Assembly (NCBI RefSeq): GCF_006345805.1
Contig: NC_043001.1
Location: 34,348,001-34,412,000 of the forward strand
Direction of reading: 5' to 3'
DNA: 64,000 bases
From: Octopus sinensis
Taxonomy: Eukaryota
Shown here: piece after piece, positions 52,671 to 64,000 of the stretch
How the letters are laid out: the number at the start of each line of letters is the position of its first letter
Numbering within the stretch: the first letter of the stretch is position 1
Notes under the pieces: generated by a model
What the model saw: only the letters and a program-made list of their open reading frames with translations
Told to the model about the DNA's origin: nothing
The model's database searches: none
Program-made: the position numbers and the translations under genes

Positions 52671-53374
52671 TCCGATATTCTTTTCTTTCTTTCCTTTTAT
52701 TCTTTCCTTTCTTCCTTTCGTTCTTTCTTTTTTCCTTTCATTCCTTTCCTTCTTTCTTTCTTTTCTTTCTTCCTTTCCTTCTTTCCGTCTTTCCTCCCCT
52801 TCTTTCTTCCTTTCCTACACTCTTTCCTTCTTTTCCTTTTTTCTTCCTTTCCTTTTCCCTTCCTTCCTTCCTTCCTTCCTTCCTTCCTTCTTTGTTCCTT
52901 TCTCTCCAGCTGGTTTCAAATTTTGGCACAAGACCAGTAATTTTCAGTGGGAGGTTGTAGTCACTTCTATCGAACCCGTACTTAACTGGCACTTTATGGA
53001 TCTAATTAAACTGATTCACAAAATATGTATTTTTAAAAAGGACGTAAGAAATCTGAAAATCAGCTATAATAATGTAGCTTTCCAGTCTTATTGCTATGAT
53101 GTTGTGGAGAAAAAAAATGGAGGAAAAAGTTAAAGAGGTTTAAAAATCGAAAAGACTGTATTTCTAACCAATAGCGAGACGGAAATTTTCTGCGTTTAGC
53201 GGAGTGGTGTCAATTTTAAGGTTGTACCCTGTGAAATTTATAGTTTAGCGTCTGTGAAATGACATGTTCATTATAGGTTTCTAAATAAATGGAAATATCT
53301 AATAAAATCAACATGCACCATCTTACTGTTTCTTTTGTCTCTTCAGAGATTGTATCGTTTATCGTTTCGTTTTT

Positions 53375-53785
53375 CGTTTATCGTTTTACTTGTTTCAGTC
53401 ATTTGACTGCGGCCATGCTGGAGCACCGCCTTTAGTCGAGCAAATCGACCCCGGGACTTATTCTTTGTAAGCCCAGTACTTATTCTATCGGTCTCTTTTG
53501 CCGAACCGCTAAGTGACGGGGACGTAAACACACCAGCATAGGTTGTCAAGCAATGCTAGGGGGACAAACACACAAACACACACACATACACACACACGCA
53601 TATATATATACATATATACGACAGGCTTCTTTCAGTTTCCGTCTACCAAATCCACTCACAAGGCATTGGTCGGCCCGGGGCTATAGCAGAAGACACTTGC
53701 CCAAGATGCCACGCAGTGGGACTGAACCCGGAGCCATGTGGTTGGTTAGCAAGCTACTTACCACACAGCCACTCCTGCGCCTATG
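53375..53785 (-). mobile_element. CORE-type SINE, young full copy
   Basis: Complete from gttttacttgtttcagtc to ccacacagccactcctgcgcct. Confidence 0.92.
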
Positions 53786-54216
53786 TTTTTATTATTTTAA
53801 AAAATTTGTTATATTAATATATTTGTCTGCATGCGTTTACTTTATGCATATTTCAGTATTATGTATACTTGTCATGTATTCGTGTACGTCATTAATATAT
53901 AAATGCTTGTGTGTGTGTGAAAAGGGTACGTCTGTTTCCAAAACTCCAAAGTTGAGTTACGTTTTCATGCTTGAGTTTGTAAACCAGGATAAGAATTACA
54001 CTGGTCAACAAAGAATTTATCCCAAAAGTATATGAAGAGAAAACATTTGTAAAAATACTAACACACAGAAAAATATTAACATACAGAAGCACAGAAAAAT
54101 ATGCAACAGAAAAATTAAAACAAAACATTTGGATGGAAAGAATATTGTGGCGTGAAGAGTCAACCCACAGCAACGTGCAGCACAGACACGCGTGAAGTGA
54201 AACAACACAGCGTGCG

Positions 54217-54262
54217 GTTGTCATGGTAACAAGGTGCTAATGCCACGCTGTCTGTTGATTGG
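54217..54262 (-). promoter_or_regulatory. Candidate promoter: RFX X-box plus CCAAT box
   Basis: GTTGTCATGGTAAC at 54217-54230 (near-perfect X-box palindrome) and ATTGG at 54258-54262, in unique non-repeat sequence. Confidence 0.5.
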
Positions 54263-54781
54263 CTAAAATTATCTAAATTTGCCAACTTTAATTCCAAATA
54301 ACGTCAGATTCTTTAATTTACGAGATAATGAAATTGGTTGATCGTAATCAAAATTCAGAGTTGCATCGATGCACCAAAATTGAAAGCAATCTGAGCAAAA
54401 TTAAAGAGAGCTCATTTTGCGGAACGAAACTAACTAGATTCTACTTTATTTCATCGACATCGCGTTGATGAACGGCGAAGTTGATCTCGGTGATGTTTGA
54501 AACGAAAAAAAACAAAAAAACAACAACAACAAAAAAAGCAAAGAACCGTAATAAAATATCGCAGAGGATTTCTTCCTAACGGTTTTGCCAGCTCGCTGTC
54601 TCTTAACATCAAAACCACCACCACCACCACCACCACCACCACTAGCAGCAGCAGCACCACCACCACGACCATCGCCAATACCACCACCGTCACCACCACC
54701 GTCACCACCACCACTACCACCACCGTCGTCACCACCACCACAACCACCACCACGACCACCACGACCACCACGACCACCACG

Positions 54782-54821
<40 letters not shown>

Positions 54822-55509
54822 ATACTACAACTACTACTACTACTACTGCTACAACTACTACTACTACTACTATTACTACTACTACTACTACTAACTACTA
54901 CTACTACTACTACTACTGAATGCAGTCGTTCTATGTTTTGGTATGGTATTTGCTTCTATATTGAATGAAGCTTATCGGAACCTAATTTCGAAACCCGTGT
55001 TTCAAATCAACGCCTCGTTCACAGAACCAACTACTGGAACAAAACGAATATTGAATTATGGGTAATTTAGAAGAAATTGCTTTCACATATCTTACCAGTT
55101 CCAGAGAGTACATGAACGAACGTGCACACGTTTATTTGCTTGTTTGTGCGCGTGAGCACGCATACGCATACATACATATATGCATACATGCACACATACA
55201 CAAAGAAACATGTATACGCTTAATCATATTATTCGTAAAAGCCATCAAGATCTTATAATTTCCAAGACTGTCCAAGGTGTGTGTATGTGCGTGTGTTTGC
55301 GTTTGCATGCACACACGCGTGTGTGTATATATATATATGTATGCATGCATGCACACATACATATATATACATACATATATATGTATATATATATATATAT
55401 ATTATATATATATATTATACAAATACGTATATACCTGCATATACACAAATACACAACTCACACATAAGCACAAACACGTACGCGCACATATGCGTACATA
55501 TATACATGC

Positions 55510-55540
<31 letters not shown>

Positions 55541-55572
55541 TGTATGTATGTATGTATGTATGTATGTATGTA

Positions 55573-55621
<49 letters not shown>

Positions 55622-55717
55622 CTAAATTTGTCTATACATGTGTTCTATAAATGTGTGATGTAGATTAACTTGTGTTTATATATTTGAGTGTATGTGTACA
55701 CATATACACACACACGC

Positions 55718-55750
<33 letters not shown>

Positions 55751-55763
55751 TATATGTATATAC

Positions 55764-55828
<65 letters not shown>

Positions 55829-56305
55829 CATATATATATATATATACATATATACATACACACACATATATATACATACATATACATACACACGCACACA
55901 AACACACACACGCACACACACACATATATATATATATGCATATATATATAGGTATGTATTCATTCCTGCATACATATATGTCTATGCGTATGTACCATAA
56001 GTTCTAAAGCATACCTCTTGTTGACAAGATGGCTCTTCTTTATACATTACTTTTGGCCTTCACTGTAGAAATAATAATATAAAAGGAACCGATAATTTTC
56101 TTTCTACACTCCAAAACACTTTGAGTGTCATATATAAATTTTCGAGGGCTCTTGAATATCATATCTGAACTTCCAAGCATACATATATACAAGCATATAT
56201 GTATGTGTGTATACACACATACACATCTCTTTCTATCTGTCTCCGTCTGTGTCTGTCTGTTTGTATCTCTCTCTGTATATATACATATATATATTACATA
56301 TATAT

Positions 56306-56362
<57 letters not shown>

Positions 56363-56373
56363 CATATATATAT

Positions 56374-56423
<50 letters not shown>

Positions 56424-56909
56424 TATACTGCCAAAAATGTGCCATTCACCTCAATATTTTGTATTACAATGAAGTATATCATATTGATTGTAGTTTCTTG
56501 TATATAAATTAAATAAATAAACGAAATCAATTTGCATGTGACTTGGTAGGTATCGTATTTAACAGCAGTCAGAAGGAATCATTATATTTACATTTCTTTA
56601 TTTTAATACTATAAATACATAGATTCTTTTGTCTCATACATACATGCTGAATACCTGCACCGTCTTCGATCGACCTCCTATAGCTACAATGCAAACCATC
56701 ATAAAATTGCAATCTATCGCCATAGAAAATGGAATGACACATTGGACAATATAGCGTTAGATTCACTGTCTCTATGACAGACAGGGTAATACGCGCTTTA
56801 GGGTCATTGGTCGCAGGGCTGCCTGAAAAGGGTTATATGTTGGTAAATACAATTATTTAATTTGTGTTAACTGTTTCAGACTATTTACGCACGAGTGGAA
56901 GTAAAATAA

Positions 56910-57525
56910 TGGTTTCAAATTTTGCCACAAGGGCAGAAATTTTGGAGAAGGGGACGAGTCGATTACATCAACCGCAGTGCGTACTTAATTCATCGACACC
57001 GAAATGATGGAAGGCAACGTCGAACTTGGCGGAATTTGAACTCAGAACGTAAAGACACACAAAATACCTATTTCTTTACTACCCACAAAGGGCTAAACGC
57101 AGAGAAGACAAACAAGGATAGACAAACGGATTAAGTCGATTATATCCACCCCGGTGCGTAACTGGTACTTATTTAATCGAGTCCAAAAGGATGAAAGGCA
57201 AAGTCGACCTCGACGGAATTTGAACTCAGAACGTAACGGCAGACGAAATACCGCTAAGCATTTCGCCCGGCGTGCTAACGTTTCTGCCAGCTCGCCGCCT
57301 TATCATATTGGAATATTCTTTTGTACTCTAGGCACAAGGCTCGAAATTTTGGGGGAGGGGGAAGTCGATTAGATCTACCCCAGTACGCAACTGGTAGTTA
57401 ATTTATTGACCCTGAAAGGATGTAAGGCAAAGTCGATCTCGGCAAAATTCGAATTCACAACGTAGCGACCGGCGAAATACCGCTAAGCGTTTTCGTCCAT
57501 CGTACTAACGTTTCTGCCAGCTTCG
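56910..57525 (-). mobile_element. Tandem array of three Meta-type SINE units
   Basis: Same unit as 51525-52281, with a shared junction sequence. Confidence 0.88.
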
Positions 57526-57637
57526 TGGGAGTAAACTAATGTAAACTAATATAGTGGTTTCCATATTTGAAAGAGTTTGACACATTTTCATTAATCACCG
57601 GGAAGAAGTTCTGCTTTTAATTTAACTAATATGAACA

Positions 57638-58045
57638 TAGGCCCAGGTTGGTAAGAAGTTTACTTCCCAATCACATGGCTTCGGGTTCAGTCCCATTGTG
57701 TGGCACCTTGGGCAAATGTCTTCTACTATAGCCTCGAAATGACCAAAGCCTTGTGAGTAGATTTGGTTGACGAAAACTGAAAGAAGCCCGTCGTATATAT
57801 GTGTGTGCGTGTGTGTGTGTGTGTGTATGTGTGTGTGTGTCTTTGTGCCTCTATTTGTCCACCCACATCATCGCTTGACAACCGGTGTTGGTGTGTTTAT
57901 ATTCCCATAATTTAACGGTTCGGCAAAAGAGACCGACTTAAAATATAAGTCCTGGTGTCGATATTTTCGACTAAAATTTTTCAAGGCGGTGCTCCAACAT
58001 GGTCGCAGTTCAAATGACTGAAACAATTCAAATAAATAAAAGAAA
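57638..58045 (+). mobile_element. CORE-type SINE
   Basis: ggtaagaagtttacttcccaatcacatgg...caccttgggcaaatgtctt...aaatgactgaaacaa. Confidence 0.88.
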
Positions 58046-59104
58046 TTAACACTGGATGGTCAGTTGAGGCAATCGCAGATATTTTTACTTAGGATTAGTG
58101 TGTGAGTAGCAGATCGCTAAAAGATTATCTCTAAGAAAAAGCTCATAAAATTTAGATCTATTCGTTAAGGCTGGTACCAGTATGATTTTTGCGTTCCTTC
58201 CTGTATACCATGATTTCCATATAAGATATAGCGTTTTTCTGGCTTGTGATATCAAACTGTGCTGTTGTTTCTTGTGCTAGATATATTCCTTCTAAGCCCT
58301 ATTTAGGAAATTGACATGTTATTTAAGGACATGTCATCATGAAATTCGTTGTTTCTTTCTAGGCATTTGCTTTTTCGTGTGACTCTCCTCTATGCTAAAG
58401 CAAGTGCTGTTTGCCTTTGAATCACTGTTAGAGTGGACACAGAAAACTTGCATTGCACCTTTTCATGATATTAGATATGTTTTCTAGACAAGTAAAACTA
58501 ACCTGTATGTTTTGTTTCTTGAACGGCTGTAGATTCTCGGAAAATGTTTGCTGTTTGGCAAAAAATTATTTCTATCGCATAGATCGGAGGGAATCACTAT
58601 CACATCTTTTTTCAGAGTCTTTGAGATTGATGTGAGTAAAAGAGAAAATTATTCTTAACTAGAGACACAGCATACGAATACCAGCTACAAGGAAAAGTTT
58701 ACATAAGTATCCAAGAATTAATATCCAAGAACTGGACTGATACCTCCGACAGAATTCAACACAGATTTTGTTTACTAAGAATTACCAGACTGGGGCAGTG
58801 TTCGGATACATAAGCCTAAAATGCTACGTTGTTGAATCGAAACGAAGATATTGAAATAGATAAGCAATGACCGGAAGCAAACAAACCAATTCTACATAGC
58901 GCTATGCTGAAGAGAAACAGTAAAATTATTTTTTACTTTAAGTTCGAAACACATCCATAGTTAACCAGCCTTATTGATTCAATATTTTTCTTTTGCCCGC
59001 CTACAATAAAGTGTTATTCCCGGAGATTTTAAGGTAATAAAAAGGACATTAGCGTCTATTTCTTACGGTGCGTGATGAGGCATAAAGCCGAACGCTTGTT
59101 ATAA

Positions 59105-59500
59105 TCTTTATATATAAAAGAGAGGTTGTGTGCTGTCTGTCTCCTACGATTTAGATTCCTAACTACTCCCACATTTTGCGGTGCAGTTTAACCAAAACCG
59201 GGTATCTTATAGTCGTGATTCATATCGAGCTCTTCTGGGTATTAGCGCGCGTCTACGATGAGTCTACGATTTAAAAAAAAAATTACCATCAATTTTTCCC
59301 ATTTTTAATGCATTTTTGGCATATATAAGGGAAGTAACTCTCTAAAAATTTATTATTAAATCTCAGAACGTAAAAAGCTACAGTAACACCCCACCTTTGT
59401 GGTTAGCCATATTGAGATGGCTATTATACTTTACATCTCTAAAAATGCTTACATAGTTATTTCCCTTACAAACCCGAGCAACGCCAGGCGATACTGCTAG
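59105..59500 (+). mobile_element. Non-autonomous Helitron
   Basis: A|TCtttatatataaaag...cccgagcaacgccaggcgatactgCTAG|T: 5'-TC, 3' hairpin, CTAG end, AT target site. Confidence 0.88.
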
Positions 59501-59614
59501 TTATGTATATAATTATAAAATATTTTGTAAAATTTACCTATAAAGTTTTTATTTCCGCACTGGTTACCTGGTAATATTATGATTATTTTTACCCTTTAAT
59601 TATTAAAATAACAT

Positions 59615-59672
<58 letters not shown>

Positions 59673-60206
59673 TCATATATATACATACATACATATATAT
59701 ATATATTTATATTTATATATATATTTATATATATACATATATACGTTTATATATAAATGCATATATTTATACTCAGACATACACACTCACAAACACGCAC
59801 ACATCTGTGTGTGCACACATGTATACATGCGTGTGTATGTCTGCGTGTGCGTGCGTGCGCGTGCTTGTGCGTTTGCGTCGGTGTATTTTTTCGTTTTCCA
59901 TCCTTTTATAATTCTCTGAGCTAACATATCAAATTTAATATCGAAAATAGGTTTCCGATTTCACACATATTATACAGGAAGTTAACTGAGTTGGAACCCC
60001 CACACAGAACCTTTTCAGGCTGAAACAAATACAGCTGAGAGGGAAAAATTAGAAGAGATCCAAAGAAATAGATTTTTTTCAGGAAATAGAATAAAAGATT
60101 TTGTATTAAATATATGAAAATTGCGTACTACTCTCTCTGATAATATGATAGCTGCTTAGACAACACAACACCCAAATATGCCTCAGGCGTCTTCGTTGTA
60201 TATAAG

Positions 60207-60298
<92 letters not shown>

Positions 60299-60415
60299 TA
60301 TATAGATATATGTACACTTATATTTCCATTTATATTTTTTATGGATTTCAATGTCTACGTTGTTTTGTACGCACGTACGTATGTATGTATGTATGTATGT
60401 ATGTATGTATGTATG

Positions 60416-60446
<31 letters not shown>

Positions 60447-60624
60447 GCATGTATACTTGTATGTATGTCGGTAGGTAAGTAGGTAGGTAGGTATTGATGT
60501 GTTTATAAGGCACAGCGGGACATATTTTTGATTTTAAAGTGCAACTAATTTCTCTCTTTCTCTCTCTGTCTCTGTAAATATCTTGTCTGCCTATCTATAC
60601 ATACACACACACACAGACACGCAG

Positions 60625-60656
<32 letters not shown>

Positions 60657-60740
60657 ACACACATATATATATATATTGTGCATATATATATGTATGTATG
60701 GGTGTAGGTATAAATATATGTATGCATGTATGTATGTATG

Positions 60741-60851
60741 TCATTAATCAGTTTATTTCAAAATTTCTTACCAACGGAGAAAGAACCGCTTTCTAATCTA
60801 GATACAAGGCTCCTTAATTGGAATTGCAACATCAGCAGCAAGACATTTTTG
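60741..60851. repeat. Third copy of the (TATG)n-embedded unit
   Basis: atttcaaaatttcttaccaacggagaaag...acatttttgtatg. Confidence 0.8.
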
Positions 60852-60922
60852 TATGTAAGTATGTATGTATGTCTGTCTGTATGTATGTTAGTATGTATGT
60901 TAGTATGTATATATATATATAT

Positions 60923-61182
60923 ATCACCGTGATAACCGTGACCGGTCAGGCTATCAGATGTTGCTACACATCGCTGGTAATAATGCGCTTTGCCACCCCG
61001 CTGGCTAAGCGAGCAGGCCAACAGAAGTAAGCGTGAGAGAAAGTTGTGGCGAAAGAGTACAGCAGGGATCGCCACCACCCTCTGCCGGAGCCTCGTGGAG
61101 CTTTAGGTATTTTCACTCACAACACCCGGTCTGGGAATCGAAACCGCGAGTCCGCCGCCCTAACCACTGGGCCATTGTGCCT

Positions 61183-61185
<3 letters not shown>
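60923..61185 (-). mobile_element. tRNA(Arg-like) SINE with an alternative 3' tail
   Basis: Head and body as 46573-46958; tail ...cttagccagcgg...gtagcaacatctgatagcctg. Confidence 0.85.
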
Positions 61186-61269
<84 letters not shown>

Positions 61270-62157
61270 CGTGTGTATATACACACACATATATATATTT
61301 TTTTTAACTCCGCCGCATCGCTATTCTCGGCAACTTCCTAGTTGGTAGCTCCACATCGCCATACCATGCGCAACCAGGCAGTTTTAAACACGTTCGCTGA
61401 CGATGCAACACTTGCTCTTCTATTAACAAAACAGCAACCCTCACCAGGCTTATGTCACTGCATCACATTTCCTAAAACCTCTGTTGTATATCTTCCACCC
61501 TTATATATTACCTCAGCTGCAAACTGTATGGCACACTTTACATTTGGAAGACAGGTCGTTGCTTTGCCAATCGCTTTCGTAAGCAAATTGGAAGCGCATC
61601 ACAACGCATGCCAATCCAATCTGTCGTCCTTTCACTACTTCAGCATAACGAGCCATTTCATTACCTATTTCCCAAAGTGTAGCATCTGTAAATCATGGAT
61701 CCATACTCTCAAGAAGCAGAAGGAACCACGACATCCCATTCCTACAATTGTGGTGTCGGAATGTGTCAGAAATCAGCCACGTCCTGTGTGTAGGTTGCAC
61801 ATTAGTTGATTACAGTGGCTGTATATAGCCAAACAGTCTAACATTCGAGACTTCGAGAAAACCGGCGCCTATTTGTACGTCAATCTTCATCCTGTTTTCT
61901 TGTAGCTTTGTGGGTTCATCATTTTTATGATTTTCAAATAGTCCGAGTAAGTCAAGATCTTCTGCATTATTTTTTAGTTCGTCTTTTCTTTCAGTGTATT
62001 CTATTAATGTTGTTGGATTCTTTTCACCATTTCTTTCCTTATCTGATACGTCCAGATGTATATCATTCATATTCGTTCTCTATCTCTTCTATATTGTCTC
62101 TTGACGATAGAGTGGAAGGATACTGCTGGTTAGGGTGGGCAAATGTCCCCTGGAGAT

Positions 62158-62400
62158 GGATGGTGCGTGGCTTAGTGGTGAGAGTGTTGGATTCATGATC
62201 ATAGGATTGTGGTTTCAATTCCTGGATGGGCCGACGCGTTGTGTTCTTGAGCAAAACGCTTCAGTTCACATTTCTCCAGTCCGCTCAGCTGACAAAAATG
62301 AGTAATCCTGCGATGGACCGGCGTCCCGTCCAGGTTGGGAATTTATACGCCATGGAAACTAGGAAACCGGCCCTTATGAGTTGGCATTGATTGGAGAAAG
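62158..62400 (+). mobile_element. V-type SINE
   Basis: ggtgcgtggcttagtggtgagagtg head; cctgcgatggaccggcgtcccgtccagg. Confidence 0.85.
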
Positions 62401-63186
62401 TAACGTTTCTTTTAAATGTCTCCTGGCCATTCTGGTCAGCTGTTGGAATCGACGAAGGGGTGATTTCTTTCTTCGTTTCCAGAACTGCATCAGTTGGTAA
62501 ACCTGGGAGCCGTAGTCTCAATGGCCTGTTCTTGCTACTACCACCTTTGCTATTTTCCCCCTTTCGGCTTCTTTAGATCCTCTAAGCATAACGCCTTTAA
62601 ATTGTAATTACTATCATATGATAGCGGTCATGCTTTCTGTCCTACATTACCAGGCTTAACGCATTTCTCCCCGCTCCTACTATGGGTGCAATATTGTGGT
62701 CTTCGGGATCATAAGGGTTAGGGTCTTGTATATCAACCAAAGCGCCAACCAACCACACATCTCACCAAAGGTATCATCAGTATTGAACACTTATACATAA
62801 TATGTTAAGAAATTTATCATAAACTAAGAGTCGAGGTCGACTCTGATGTCTTTAATGACGATCCTAGTATTTTCTCGTTCCGTGCATTGTGAGATTAACT
62901 ATGGGCAAGGTTGTTTTGCACTAAATCGGCTTCTTTGTGTCATCTGCAGCTATAAAAATTATGCATATAGTTTCATATGATCTTCCCGGTTTACTAAGCG
63001 GGTCCCTGAACAAACTGACCTCTTTTGTCTTCTTTCTTGAGCTTTTGTGATAATTTCAGGAAAAAACGTACTTGTTATTGTTACGTGGTTCTGCCACAGA
63101 ATTTTTCTTTCCACTACGCCTCACATTTCTCTAGTGCAAGTCGCATTTGTGTGGTTTTCGAATTCACTTTTCTTATATGGAAATTA

Positions 63187-63490
63187 TGTGGAGGCACATG
63201 ACCTAGTGGTTAGAGCAGCGGACTCGCAGTCGTGGGATCGCGGGTTCGAATTTCAGACCGGGCGATGTGTGTGTTTATGAGCGAAACACCTAAGCTCCAC
63301 GCGGTTCCGGCAGAAGGTGATGGAGAACTTCTGCTGACTCTTTCGCTACAACTTTCTCTCACTCTTTCCTCTTGCATCTTGCAGCTCACCTGCGACGGAC
63401 CGACGTCCCGTCTAGGTGGGGAACCTATACGCCAAGGAAACTGGGAAACCGGCCATTATGAACCAGGCATGGCTCGAGAAGGAAAAAACA
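63187..63490 (+). mobile_element. tRNA(Arg-like) SINE with V-type 3' module
   Basis: Head and body as 46573 and 60923; tail cctgcgacggaccgacgtcccgtctagg...ggaaaccggcc as in 62158-62400. Confidence 0.85.
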
Positions 63491-64000
63491 ATATATGGAA
63501 ATCATAGTTATTTCAGTTTTAGTAAAACTTGAGCAAGTTAATGTTGCTGCTTGCATTTTCACTGCGCACGTTTAAGTTAATAGTATGACAATTTTTATTT
63601 TGTAAATTCACCATCTTTCTGTCTGTTCGATGTCATATTTAGTTTCTCTATTTTTAATTTGTGATTGGATATTTTAACAAACTTTTAGCTTGCGGCGTTT
63701 ATTTGTTTAAGCTGTTGTTATCATAATATTGGTAAACACCTCACCCCAATCCACTCATACAATAATTCATGCTGAAATATGAGGAAGCAAAATGTTAGAA
63801 ATAAAAAACAAAAAAGTTCCATTTTCGAAGACAGCTTTGTTTCCAACCTGAGGTAAAATTGGATGGACACTGAAGCTGTTTCGAAGTCTTTGGTAACATA
63901 TCTAAAATCTATCGGTAAAAATTATAAAGAATTAATTTCATGAAATCCAATAAGTCGAATTTCCCTACAGAACTAGTATGAACACTCCCATTCAATTCAA

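Noticed and set aside
56615-56776. Plus-strand open frame of about 55 codons (…YIHAEYLHRLRSTSY…)
   Set aside because: No start or strong acceptor and no homology recognised
58188-58277. Minus-strand 90-bp candidate exon GLEGIYLAQETTAQFDITSQKNAISYMEIM
   Set aside because: Weak donor and unrecognised peptide

Overview
AT-rich, microsatellite-dense animal genomic DNA. The repeat families point to an octopus (coleoid cephalopod); this is inferred from the repeats, not from a marker gene. No protein-coding gene can be called with confidence, and most ORFs in the track are translations of microsatellites or SINEs. The window is filled by tRNA-derived SINEs of several kinds (CORE-type, Meta-domain-type, V-type, RTE-tailed), at least five decayed mariner elements or MITEs, non-autonomous Helitrons, Penelope-like element (PLE) fragments and an initiator tRNA-Met pseudogene. 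A near-perfect RFX X-box plus CCAAT box at about 54.2 kb may mark a promoter. The most interesting signal is a recurring architecture of inverted pairs of hammerhead-ribozyme-bearing PLE-type termini with their 3' ends pointing outward. Examples are a near-perfect 590-bp palindrome (50113-50702), an older 136-bp one (36220-36355) and a 1.3-kb truncated PLE bracketed by inverted termini (12680-13976). All structures were read by eye and none has been tested computationally. Element boundaries are approximate unless a TSD or TIR is quoted.
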